From positions 224,001-288,000 of the forward strand of contig CAVUWD010000019.1 of NCBI GenBank assembly GCA_963745025.1: a stretch of DNA of 64,000 bases. Direction: 5' to 3'. Under the pieces are notes generated by a model. That model did not search any database, was not told the DNA's origin, and saw only the letters and a list, made by a program, of their open reading frames with translations. The position numbers were made by a program, and so were the translations under genes. The stretch comes from an uncultured delta proteobacterium (GTDB taxonomy: Bacteria > Desulfobacterota > Binatia > JACPRU01). Position 1 is the stretch's first letter. Every line of letters starts with the position of its first letter. Positions 51,147-60,349 of the stretch are shown here, in pieces.

Positions 51147-51471
51147 AGGCCACAGGCTACAGGCTTCCGGCTACCGGTTCCATGGTGTCGTAATACCTCA
51201 AGTCGCTGCCTCGAACGCTGGGGGTTCCTGAGCGCTGGATTTTTCGGTCGGCCCGTACTCGGGGCGATCGGAAAATCCAGCTCCCGCGCGGAGCGCGGAA
51301 TGCAGCTCTTCCGCGCTCCGCGCGGTTGCGGGCGGTTGTGGTCGACCCGAGTACGGATCGACCACAACCGCCCACGCGTTCCGTCTTGCCGAAACGTTTC
51401 GTAGCCAGAGACCCATGGTGTCGATGGCTTCTCTTGTCGGGCGGTAGCCGGTAGCCTGTAGCCGGTAGCCG
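51147..51471. repeat. Heptamer-array hairpin whose loop contains element copy D
   Basis: Left arm GGCCACAGGCTACAGGCTTCCGGCTACCGG (~51148-51178), right arm CGGTAGCCGGTAGCCTGTAGCCGGTAGCC (~51442-51470). Confidence 0.8.
51191..51412. mobile_element. Three-hairpin repeat element, copy D
   Basis: Core 51232-51372 with shortened middle arm; CCATGGTGTCG direct repeats at 51180-51190 and 51413-51423. Confidence 0.82.
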
Positions 51472-51478
51472 TTTCCCC

Positions 51479-52516
51479 ATGCCTGCCTCCGATCTCGCCT
51501 ACTCGAATCGAGTGCCCGACGCCCCGCAAGCGGTGGTTGCCGATCGCGCGATCCGTCTGCGCGCCGGCACGATCTCGCTCGTCGCCGCCGTCCTGATCTT
51601 CGCGGCCAAGTTCGTCGGCTATCAGCTCACCGGCTCGACGGCGATCCTCTCCGATGCGCTCGAGTCGGTCGTCAACATCGTCGCGGCGCTGTTCACGCTC
51701 GCGAGCCTCGCGATCGCCAGCCGTCCCGCCGACGAGTCCCACCCCTATGGCCACGGCAAGGTCGAGTTCCTCTCCAGCGGATTCGAGGGCGGCCTGATCG
51801 CGTTCGCGGCGCTGGTGATCGTCTACCAAGCCGGACAGGCGCTGTGGTTCGGCCAACGGATCACGTCGATCGAAGAAGGGCTCGTCTTGGTGATCGTCGC
51901 CGGCTTCGCCAACGCCTTGCTCGGCTATTTCCTCGTCCGGGCCGGACGGCGAATGCACTCGCCGGCGATCGAGGCCGACGGCCTGCACGTGCTCACCGAC
52001 TTCTGGACGAGCGCGGGTGTCGTCGTTGGCCTGGGCCTCGTCCGCATCACCGGCTGGCAAGCGCTCGATCCGCTCGTCGCCATCGCGCTCGGTGGCAACC
52101 TCGCGATCATCGGCGCGCGATTGCTGCGTCGGGCCGTGGGCGGGCTGCTCGACGAGTCGGACCGCGGGCTTCTCGCCAAGCTCACCTCGGTGATCCAGGC
52201 GGTGCGGCACCCGGGGGGCATCGCCATTCACCGGCTGCGCGCGATCCGCTCCGGCGGCGTGGTGCACGTCGATGCGCACGTGGTCGTGCCGCGCTTCTGG
52301 TCCGTGTCCGATGCACACGATTTTTCCGACGGTTTCGAGCTCGAGATCGTCAACGGAATCGGTCAGGTTGCCGAGTGCATCTTCCATCTCGACCCCTGCC
52401 GCTCCGTCTATTGTCGGAGCTGCCGGGTGCAGGACTGCCCGGTGCGTGCCCACGGGTTCGTCGGGGATCGGGATTGGTCGCTCGAGACGCTGACCAGCGA
52501 GGCTCAGGAAGAGTGA
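51479..52516 (+). CDS. Cation diffusion facilitator (FieF-like) with Cys-rich tail
   Basis: SDALES, PADESHPYGHGKVE, ADGLHVLTD, DPLVA, C-terminal dimerisation domain. Confidence 0.92.
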   Translation: MPASDLAYSNRVPDAPQAVVADRAIRLRAGTISLVAAVLIFAAKFVGYQLTGSTAILSDALESVVNIVAALFTLASLAIASRPADESHPYGHGKVEFLSSGFEGGLIAFAALVIVYQAGQALWFGQRITSIEEGLVLVIVAGFANALLGYFLVRAGRRMHSPAIEADGLHVLTDFWTSAGVVVGLGLVRITGWQALDPLVAIALGGNLAIIGARLLRRAVGGLLDESDRGLLAKLTSVIQAVRHPGGIAIHRLRAIRSGGVVHVDAHVVVPRFWSVSDAHDFSDGFELEIVNGIGQVAECIFHLDPCRSVYCRSCRVQDCPVRAHGFVGDRDWSLETLTSEAQEE

Positions 52517-52595
52517 CGGAGAGGAACGGTCGACGTTGCCAACGTTCCCCATTTTGGCAGATCATCAGGCTGACCCCAACCGCGAGGAGAGTCGT

Positions 52596-53519
52596 ATGAC
52601 CGAACGAGTGCGAGAAATTCTCAGCTGGTATGCAAGCGACAACCCGGGAACGCGGGCGAACTTGGCGCGCCTCCTGAACCACGGGCGTCTCGGCGGCACC
52701 GGAAAGCTCGTCATCTTGCCCGTCGACCAAGGCTTCGAGCACGGTCCGGGCCGAAGCTTCGCGGCGAATCCGGCCGGCTACGATCCGAACTACCACTTCC
52801 AGCTCGCGCTCGACGCCGGCTGCAACGCGTACGCCGCTCCGCTCGGCTTCATCGAGGGGGGCGTCGCGCAGTTTCCCGGTGCGCTTCCGCTGATCCTGAA
52901 GCTCAACAGCCACGACGTGCTCTACGACGAGAAGGACCCGTGCTCGTCGGTCACTGGCAGCGTGAAGGAAGCGCTGCGGCTGGGATGCGCGGCCGTCGGC
53001 TTCACGATCTATCCGGGCTCGTCGCGCATCCGCGAGATGTACGAGCAGCTGCGCGAGATCGCCGAGGAGGCGAAGAGCGTCGGCCTGGCCGTCGTCGTGT
53101 GGTCGTACCCGCGCGGCTCGAGCCTCAGCAAGGAAGGCGAGACCGCGATCGACGTCGTCGCCTACGCCGCGCACATCGCCGCCGAGCTCGGCGCGCACGT
53201 CGTCAAGGTCAAGGTGCCGACCGCGCACATCGAGCTCGCCGAGGCCAAGAAGGTCTACGAGAAGGAACGAATCCCCGTCGGCACGATCGCCGAGCGCGTC
53301 CGCCACGTGGTGCAGAGCGCCTTCGATGGCCGCAGAATCGTCATCTTCTCGGGTGGCGCCACGAAGGGCGACCAGGACATCTTCGAGGAGGTGCGCGGCA
53401 TCCGCGACGGCGGCGGCTTTGGCTCGATCATGGGCCGAAACTCCTTCCAGCGGAAGAAGCCTGACGCGATCAAGTTCCTCGACACGGTGATGCGGATCTA
53501 CTCCGGGGAGCTCAAGTAG
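52596..53519 (+). CDS. fbaB: Class I fructose-bisphosphate aldolase (DhnA type)
   Basis: ILPVDQGFEHGP, GFTIYPGS, WSYPRG, AELGAHVVKVK, IMGRNSFQR. Confidence 0.92.
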   Translation: MTERVREILSWYASDNPGTRANLARLLNHGRLGGTGKLVILPVDQGFEHGPGRSFAANPAGYDPNYHFQLALDAGCNAYAAPLGFIEGGVAQFPGALPLILKLNSHDVLYDEKDPCSSVTGSVKEALRLGCAAVGFTIYPGSSRIREMYEQLREIAEEAKSVGLAVVVWSYPRGSSLSKEGETAIDVVAYAAHIAAELGAHVVKVKVPTAHIELAEAKKVYEKERIPVGTIAERVRHVVQSAFDGRRIVIFSGGATKGDQDIFEEVRGIRDGGGFGSIMGRNSFQRKKPDAIKFLDTVMRIYSGELK

Positions 53520-54997
53520 CCCTCTCGTTTCACAATACTCTGACCGGCCGGGTCGAGCCCTTCGAGCCGCTCGCTCCGGGCAAGGTCGGCATCTACGTCT
53601 GCGGGGTCACGGTCTACGACCGTTGCCACGTCGGCCATGCCCGCGTGTTCGTCGCCTTCGACGTGCTGCACCGGTATCTGCGCGCGCGTGGTTACGACGT
53701 CACGTTCGTCCGCAACATCACGGACGTGGACGACCGGATCATCGATCGCGCGCAGGCGTTGGGGATCGCGGCAGGCGAGCTTGCCGAGCGGAACATCGCC
53801 GAGTTCCACCGCGACGTCGTCGCGCTCGGCTGCTTGGCGCCGAGCCACGAGCCGCGCGCCACCGAGTGGATCGACGCCATGGTGGGGCTCATCCAGCAGC
53901 TCCTCGACAGAGGGCTCGCCTACGTCGTCGACGGTGACGTGTGCTTCTCGGTGCGCGACTTTCCGGGCTACGGAAAGCTCTCCAAGCGCCGCCTCGAAGA
54001 CATGATCGCCGGGGCGCGTGTCGAGGTCGACGAGCGAAAGCGCGATCCGATGGATTTCGCGCTCTGGAAGTCGGTCACGCCGGAGCGGGAGGCGGCCGGC
54101 GAGCCCGCGTGGGAGAGCCCTTGGGGAAGGGGACGGCCGGGCTGGCACATCGAGTGCTCGGCGATGAGCACCTCGCTCCTCGGACAACCCTTCGATCTCC
54201 ACTGCGGCGGCGAGGACCTCATCTTTCCGCATCACGAGAACGAGATCGCCCAATCCGAGGGGGCGGCGGGCATGCCGTTCGTGCGGGCGTTTCTGCACAA
54301 CAGCTTCGTGCGCATCCACGAAGAGAAGATGTCGAAGTCTCTCGGCAACGTGTTCACGATCCGCGAGCTCGTCGAGCGATTGCCCGCCGAGGCGCTGCGC
54401 CTGTTCCTGGTCTCCACGCACTACCGGAGCCCGATGGATTTTTCGCTGGAGAGCGTCGAGGAGAGCTTTCGCGCGCTCGTTCGGCTCTACGAGACGCTGG
54501 CGCGCGCCGATTGCGCGGGAGCGCAGGCGCCCGCGGCGCCCGTATCGCTGTTTCCGCCGACGGAGCGCCTCGAGGCGTTGGTTGCCGCCATGGACGACGA
54601 TCTCAACACGGCCCGCGCGATCGCCGTGCTCTTCGATCTCGTGCGCGAGATCAATCGCCTGCTCGATGCCGGCGATGTAGCGGGCGCCACGGCGGTGCGG
54701 CGCGATCTTGCCGCCGCCGTGACCGTCCTCGGTATCGGCGAGCGACGCGCCGAGGAGTTCCTCGACGCCGAGCGGGCGCGCGCTCTCGCGGCGGCGGGGC
54801 AGACGGCCGCCGACGTCGAGCGCGCGATCGCCGAGCGCGCGGCGGCGCGGGCCGCCAGAGATTGGCCGCGCGCCGACGCGCTTCGTCGCGGTCTGCTGCA
54901 GGCGGGCATCGCGCTCGAGGATGGCGCCTCCGGCACGACGTGGCGGCCGGCGAGCTGGGGCCTGGATCCGTCGGGGCGGAAGGGCGGTCGGCGATGA
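53516..54997 (+). CDS. cysS: Cysteine--tRNA ligase (no canonical start codon visible)
   Basis: LSFHNTLTGRVEPF, YVCGVTVYD.CHVGHAR, NITDVDD, DFALWK, GRPGWHIECS, FPHHENE, KMSKS; conserved sequence starts at 53522, upstream of the ORF-track start. Confidence 0.95.
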   Translation, partial: VALSFHNTLTGRVEPFEPLAPGKVGIYVCGVTVYDRCHVGHARVFVAFDVLHRYLRARGYDVTFVRNITDVDDRIIDRAQALGIAAGELAERNIAEFHRDVVALGCLAPSHEPRATEWIDAMVGLIQQLLDRGLAYVVDGDVCFSVRDFPGYGKLSKRRLEDMIAGARVEVDERKRDPMDFALWKSVTPEREAAGEPAWESPWGRGRPGWHIECSAMSTSLLGQPFDLHCGGEDLIFPHHENEIAQSEGAAGMPFVRAFLHNSFVRIHEEKMSKSLGNVFTIRELVERLPAEALRLFLVSTHYRSPMDFSLESVEESFRALVRLYETLARADCAGAQAPAAPVSLFPPTERLEALVAAMDDDLNTARAIAVLFDLVREINRLLDAGDVAGATAVRRDLAAAVTVLGIGERRAEEFLDAERARALAAAGQTAADVERAIAERAAARAARDWPRADALRRGLLQAGIALEDGASGTTWRPASWGLDPSGRKGGRR

Positions 54998-55230
54998 GCA
55001 CCGAGCTCCACGAGCGGATGCTGTCGATCGAAACGCAGCCGCTCGACGGCGATCGGCTCGCCGTTCATGCCGAGCTGCGCGACGTTCGCCACGTCGACAT
55101 GCCCAGCGTCTGGTCGGGCCGGAGGTTCAGCCGCGCGAGCAACGCTCAGGTGGGGAGCTGTCACATGTGGCGGGCCGATGGCCCGTTGGCGAGCGTGGAA
55201 GGCTCGCCTAACCCGCGCGAATCGGTGTAA
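54994..55230 (+). pseudogene. Probable truncated DUF2889-like remnant
   Basis: MSTELHERMLSIETQPLDGDRLAVHAELRDVR recalls the DUF2889 N-terminus (LH.R...L.D.K/R); coupled to the cysS stop; loses coding character after ~38 codons. Confidence 0.4.
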
Positions 55231-55266
55231 CCTGGTAGCCGGGCGAAGTGCCAAGGGGAGGAACGC

Positions 55267-55893
55267 ATGAGCAGGAGCCGACAGGGTTTCGCAACGCTCG
55301 TCCTGGGTCTGGCCTGGCTATCGTTCTCGGCCGGGCAAGTGGTCGCACAGAAGGTCTACAAGTGGACCGACAAAGACGGAAAGGTCCATTTCTCCAACGT
55401 GTCGCCGGGTGGCGAGAGCACCACCGAGGACACCGGGGCGGTCAAAGGGATCGAGGCGCAGAGTCCCGAGGCGCAGAGTCCTCCTGTCGCGCAAGCCGAA
55501 ACCACCGCGCAGGCTGACCGCGAGGCCGCGGCTCCTGCCGAGAGCTCCAGTTCGTCCGCCATCTCCGAGGAGGCGTTCTCCTCGAACGCCAGCATGACGC
55601 GCATGCGGCTCAAGCGCGAACTCGCGGACGCAAAACAGCAATCGGCCGATGCCGAAACCAAGCTCGCCGCGCTGAGAAAGATGGATACGCAGGCTTCGCA
55701 GGTCGGGATCGAGATGCTGCAGAAGGCCTACGGTCCGAACGCGAACGACACCGGCGAGGAAGACGCGCTACGCAAGCAGAAGCAGAACGCCGACAAGCGG
55801 ATCGAAGAGATTCGCAAGCAGTATGCCGATCTCCACGACGAGGCCGTCAAGCGCTTCGGGCACCAGCCGAGCTGGTGGCTGCCGATCGAATGA
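55267..55893 (+). CDS. DUF4124-domain exported protein
   Basis: Signal peptide, then VYKWTDKDGKVHFSN, low-complexity linker and coiled coil. Confidence 0.85.
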   Translation: MSRSRQGFATLVLGLAWLSFSAGQVVAQKVYKWTDKDGKVHFSNVSPGGESTTEDTGAVKGIEAQSPEAQSPPVAQAETTAQADREAAAPAESSSSSAISEEAFSSNASMTRMRLKRELADAKQQSADAETKLAALRKMDTQASQVGIEMLQKAYGPNANDTGEEDALRKQKQNADKRIEEIRKQYADLHDEAVKRFGHQPSWWLPIE

Positions 55894-55895
55894 GA

Positions 55896-55955
55896 GGCTA
55901 CAGGCTACGGGAAAGGACTCAGAAAATCGTTGCCCGTAGCCTGTAGCCCGTAGCT
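55896..55955. repeat. Heptamer-array hairpin between convergent genes (may act as terminator)
   Basis: GAGGCTACAGGCTACGGG ... CCCGTAGCCTGTAGCCCGTAGC. Confidence 0.8.
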
Positions 55956-55959
55956 CTCC

Positions 55960-56856
55960 TCAAGCGACTCGAAACGGCACCTCGCGTCCTTCCTTCAGCG
56001 CCCGCACCGCCTCGACGACCCCTTCGGCGATCTTGGTGGCGAGCCCCGGGTGCCATCCTGCCGCGTGCGGCGTGACCAGGACGCGCGGCCCGGCGTAGCG
56101 TGACAGATCCGTCGGCTCCTCGGGAAAGACGTCGAGCCCGAGGCCCGCAAGGTGACCCTCGTGCACCGCATCGATGGCGGCCTCGACGTCGAGGAGCGCG
56201 CCGCGGGCGGTGTTGACGAGGACGGCACCGCGCTGCATCGCGCGGATCTCTGCTCGACCGATCATGCCGCGGTTGGAAGGTGTAAGCTCGCAGTGGAGCG
56301 TCACCACGGTACTGTCGCGCAACAGCTCCGGGAGCGAAACCCCGCCAGCGAGGACGGGGTCGCAGCGAAGCACCCGGCCACCGAGCGCCTCGAGCAGCTC
56401 CGCCATTCGTGAGCCGATCACGCCGACGCCGACTACGCCGACCGTCCCGAGCAGAGTCGCCCCGTAGTCGGCCAGCCGGGGCCGTTCCCAGCGCCCGGCT
56501 CGCGCCGCTTCCTGAAAACAGCCGAGGCGGCGGGTGAGAGAGAAGACCATGCCGAGCGTCGTCTCGACCACCGCATCGCGGCGGACGAGCGGCAAACGAG
56601 CGCAGAGAATTCGGGCTCGGCGCAGCGCCGCGAGATCGATCTGGTCGAAGCCCGACGTCGTCGTCACGACGAGCTTGCAACGCCGAAGTCGTTCCGTGAC
56701 GGTCGCATCGACCCGCACGGTGCTCGGCACGACCAGGACGTCGGCTTCCTCGAGCGGCGCCGCGGGCCCGGCCCGTGCGACCGCCTCGACCCCTGCAGGC
56801 AAACCCGGCAGCTCGGGCGACTCGTACTCCGACCATCCCCAACGAAGAACCTTCAT
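55960..56856 (-). CDS. D-isomer-specific 2-hydroxyacid dehydrogenase
   Basis: SGFDQID, GVVGVGVIG, LVNTARG, LDVFPEEP, TPHAAG. Confidence 0.9.
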   Translation of the reverse strand: MKVLRWGWSEYESPELPGLPAGVEAVARAGPAAPLEEADVLVVPSTVRVDATVTERLRRCKLVVTTTSGFDQIDLAALRRARILCARLPLVRRDAVVETTLGMVFSLTRRLGCFQEAARAGRWERPRLADYGATLLGTVGVVGVGVIGSRMAELLEALGGRVLRCDPVLAGGVSLPELLRDSTVVTLHCELTPSNRGMIGRAEIRAMQRGAVLVNTARGALLDVEAAIDAVHEGHLAGLGLDVFPEEPTDLSRYAGPRVLVTPHAAGWHPGLATKIAEGVVEAVRALKEGREVPFRVA

Positions 56857-56909
56857 GGCGCCGTTATAGCCCCCTTTCCATCTCCGACGTAGGCTCCTAG
56901 AGTCGGGGC

Positions 56910-58043
56910 GTGCGCCTGGAGGTGAAGCAACGGATCGCCGAAGTCTCGCCGGGGGATTGGAACGCGCTCGTCGGTGACGGCTCGCCTTTCCTCGAGTGGG
57001 AATGGCTCGCCTCACTCGAGGAAGCGGGCTGTGTTTCTGCGGGCACGGGGTGGCTGCCCCAGCATCTGACGCTCTGGGAGGGCAAGGAGCTCGTCGGCGC
57101 CTGTCCGCTCTATGTCAAGGCGCACAGCATGGGCGAGTTTGTCTTCGATCACGGCTGGGCGGAAGCCGCCGAACGCGGCGGCATCGCCTACTATCCGAAG
57201 CTGCTCGTCGCCGTGCCGTTCACGCCGGCGAGCGGTGCCCGCTTCCTCAGCCGCAGCCCGGCGGATCGCTCCGGCGTGATTCGAGCGCTCGGCGAAGGGC
57301 TGAAGCAGATCTGCCGCCAGAACGATTTCTCATCGGTGCACGTCAACTTCTGTCTCCCGGACGAGGTCGAAGGGCTCTCCTCGGTCGGCTTCGAGCACCG
57401 CGCGGGCTATCAGTACCAATGGGAGAACCCCGGCTGGCGGAGCTTCGAGGAGTATCTGGCGGCGCTCAAGAGCAAGCGCCGTACGCAGGTGCGCCGCGAG
57501 CGCCGGGAGATCGCGGCGCAGGGGATCGAGCTCGAGGTGCTCGTCGGCGACGAGATTCCCGACGCGCTCTTCCCGCTCATGTTCCGGCTCTACCACTCGA
57601 CGATCGATAAGCTCTACTGGGGCCGGCAGTACCTGAACCGGACGCTCTTCGATCTACTGCGCGAGCGCTGGAAACAGCGGCTCTGTTTCGTGGTGGCGCG
57701 CCGCGGCGGGAGCATCATCGCCGGCACGTTCAACGTCCGCAAGCACGACGTGCTCTATGGACGCTACTGGGGCAGCTTCGAGGAGATCCGTTTCCTGCAC
57801 TTCGACGTGTGCTACTACGCGGCGATCGAATACTGCCTGGAGACCGGAATCCGCCGCTTCGAGCCGGGCGCGGGCGGTGAATTCAAGCATCTTCGCGGCT
57901 TCGATGCGCGGCCGACCGACAGCATGCACTACCTCGCCGATCCGCGGCTCGCGCGCGCCATCGCCGACTATCTCGCCCGCGAGCGCCGTGCCGTCGAGCA
58001 TCACATCGCGCAGATGGACGAGCGCAGCGCGCTGCGGCGTTGA
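56910..58043 (+). CDS. DUF482 / FemAB-like GNAT protein
   Basis: PFLEWEWL..LE, YVKAHSMGEFVFDHGWA, YYPKLLVAVPFTP, LYGRYWG, FEPGAGGE.K. Confidence 0.9.
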   Translation: MRLEVKQRIAEVSPGDWNALVGDGSPFLEWEWLASLEEAGCVSAGTGWLPQHLTLWEGKELVGACPLYVKAHSMGEFVFDHGWAEAAERGGIAYYPKLLVAVPFTPASGARFLSRSPADRSGVIRALGEGLKQICRQNDFSSVHVNFCLPDEVEGLSSVGFEHRAGYQYQWENPGWRSFEEYLAALKSKRRTQVRRERREIAAQGIELEVLVGDEIPDALFPLMFRLYHSTIDKLYWGRQYLNRTLFDLLRERWKQRLCFVVARRGGSIIAGTFNVRKHDVLYGRYWGSFEEIRFLHFDVCYYAAIEYCLETGIRRFEPGAGGEFKHLRGFDARPTDSMHYLADPRLARAIADYLARERRAVEHHIAQMDERSALRR

Positions 58044-58128
58044 CCCGCGTGCGCGTGATGACGAGCGCGGAATCGGCGAGGGCAAATTCGCGTTGGTCAC
58101 GGGGGATCGGGAATCGGCCGGTAGCCGG

Positions 58129-58719
58129 TCACAGGGCGAGCCCAGCTTCTCGCAGCCGCTGCTCGAGGAGCGGTAGTCGGTCGTGGCCCCAGAAGGGCTC
58201 GCCGTGGAAGACGAACAGCGGCACGCCGAAGACGTGATCGGCGGCGGCCTCTTCCTGCGCGCGCTGGTATTCGCGCGCGCCGCCTGCGGAAAGGTACTCG
58301 CCAAACGCGGCGGCGGACAAGCCGAGGCCGGCCAGCACCTCGCCGATGTCGGCGGCCTGATCCAACTCCAGCTCGCGGCGAAAGAACCGCTCGTAAACCG
58401 TGCGGCTGTAGTCGAGCAGACGCCCATGGGCCTCCGCGAAGAGGCCGCCGATCAGCGCCGGCGTCGTATCGTAGACTTTCAACGGCCCGCGAATCACCAG
58501 GCCGCGCGGCTTCGCGAACCGCCGAGCATCGAGATACGAGTATCGCGCCTTGTACTCGGAATAGACGCTGCGCTCCCCCTTTCCCTTGATGCGCAGCTGG
58601 AAGGGAATCCAGCGCAGGCAAATCCGGTAGCGGTCGCCGAGCGCGAAGGCGGGATCGAACGCGAGATACGCGAACGGGCTCTTGTAGTCGGAGTACATTT
58701 TCACTTCCGTGAGCGACAC
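58129..58719 (-). CDS. 2-hydroxychromene-2-carboxylate isomerase / DsbA-like (kappa GST) protein
   Basis: DYKSPFAYLA, VFGVP.F, GEPFWGHDRL. Confidence 0.88.
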   Translation of the reverse strand: MSLTEVKMYSDYKSPFAYLAFDPAFALGDRYRICLRWIPFQLRIKGKGERSVYSEYKARYSYLDARRFAKPRGLVIRGPLKVYDTTPALIGGLFAEAHGRLLDYSRTVYERFFRRELELDQAADIGEVLAGLGLSAAAFGEYLSAGGAREYQRAQEEAAADHVFGVPLFVFHGEPFWGHDRLPLLEQRLREAGLAL

Positions 58720-58872
58720 CGTATAACCTCTCGGTAGGACGTCCTCATCCTCTCGATTCTTGCTGATTCTCACCGCCGCGGCAGGTTGGCGGGAATTGGC
58801 TGGAATTCGCTCGTGTCAGCGATGCGATCCATGCCAACCGTGCGATGGGAGCCGCTGTCGGCTCCTACTCCG

Positions 58873-60141
58873 CTACGCCATGTCCGCCGCCGACTCACGG
58901 TCAGTCCCCCAGGAGCGTCGAAGGATCTCGTCGAGAGCCGGCTTCACCTCGCGCATGAAGAGGCGAAGGTCCTCGATGACGCTCTCCTTCGGCTGCTGCG
59001 CGTAATGGTAGATGAGCACCGCGTACTCGGCAGGGAGCTCCCGCCACTGTCGTACGAACTCGTCGCGGACGTCCGCCGCGCCACCGGCGATGAAGAGGCC
59101 CGAGGCGAGCATCGGCGCGACCGTGTCCTCGCGCGTGGCATCGCTCGCCACCCCCGCTTGACTGCCGATGCGGGACAGGAAGGGCCCGTAGAAGTGCTTG
59201 AAGATGTCGCCGTCGTAGAGTGCGAGCTTTTCGAGCCCCTCTTTGCGGCTCGCGCCGATCCGAGGCCAGCGGACGATCGCCTGGTTCTCGCCCAGGGCAA
59301 ATCCCCGGCCGGCCGCGGCAGCGGCGGATACGTAGGTCGGTCCGTAGCTTCCCGCGCGGCCGATGCTCGAGAAGTACGTCGGAACGAAGCCGTGTCGCGC
59401 GGCCCACTCGATCGTCTCGAGGCTCGCGTTGCTCGACACGAAGACGGGCGGATGCGGCCGTGTGAACGGCGCGGGGACGACGCTCACGCGCCGGATCGCT
59501 CCCTGTCCATCGATCTCGCCGGGGGCGCCGAGCACGCGCGTCCATTCGACCATCGGCCATTCGCGGCCGCCCGTTTCGTACGGATACGGGATCTGCCAGA
59601 CCCGGGAGTGATGCTCGATCGAATCCTCGGTCCACGCGCGCAGCACGAGGTCCACCTGCTCCTCGAAGAGCTTGCGGTTTTCCCGGTCGGCGGGCGATCC
59701 GTCGGAGAGCGCCGCGACGCCGCCGAGGTGCTGACCGAGCACGTCGGTCCAGCGGGACTGATAGCCTCGCGCGAAGCCAACGAAGCAGCGGCCGCGGGAC
59801 AGATGATCGAGGATCGCGGTCTCCTCCGCCACGCGAATCGGGTTTTGGGCGCTCATCACGTAGCCGAGCTGGCCGACGCGCACCTTGTTGGTGATTGCTG
59901 CCCAATACGCGTTCAGCACGCCGGGGTTCGGCCCGACCTCGTAGCCCTCGGAATGAAAGTGATGCTCGATCGTCGCCACGCCCCACACGCCGAGGTCGTC
60001 CGCCGCCCTCACGATGTCGTGCCAGCCCGCGAGCGTCTCCTGATAGCGGGCAGCGTTGCGTCCGATCGGCCGCAGGCGGCGCCGCTCGTCCTCGTCGGCG
60101 GCGGGGATCACGGGATAGAGTTGGACGATGACCTTCAGCAT
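58873..60141 (-). CDS. LLM-class flavin-dependent oxidoreductase
   Basis: EHHFHSEG, PIRVAEE.AILDHLSRGR..VGFARGY, PHPPV, LFMREV.P. Confidence 0.9.
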   Translation of the reverse strand: MLKVIVQLYPVIPAADEDERRRLRPIGRNAARYQETLAGWHDIVRAADDLGVWGVATIEHHFHSEGYEVGPNPGVLNAYWAAITNKVRVGQLGYVMSAQNPIRVAEETAILDHLSRGRCFVGFARGYQSRWTDVLGQHLGGVAALSDGSPADRENRKLFEEQVDLVLRAWTEDSIEHHSRVWQIPYPYETGGREWPMVEWTRVLGAPGEIDGQGAIRRVSVVPAPFTRPHPPVFVSSNASLETIEWAARHGFVPTYFSSIGRAGSYGPTYVSAAAAAGRGFALGENQAIVRWPRIGASRKEGLEKLALYDGDIFKHFYGPFLSRIGSQAGVASDATREDTVAPMLASGLFIAGGAADVRDEFVRQWRELPAEYAVLIYHYAQQPKESVIEDLRLFMREVKPALDEILRRSWGTDRESAADMA

Positions 60142-60349
60142 GGCTCTTCCTCCGTCGCGCGAGAGACGAGTCGGTCGTATCGTCGTCGCGCGGCGCTCGT
60201 CAACGGCAGATCGCTCGCGATGAAGGCCGGGCAAAATGCGAGCATTAGCGAGGTCGACGCTGCGGGGCGCCGTTCCGGACGGCTTCAGGAAAGGCGGCGT
60301 TCAGGCGACGCCTTCCTTCGGATCGCGGGGATCGAAGTGGTCGCGTTGG

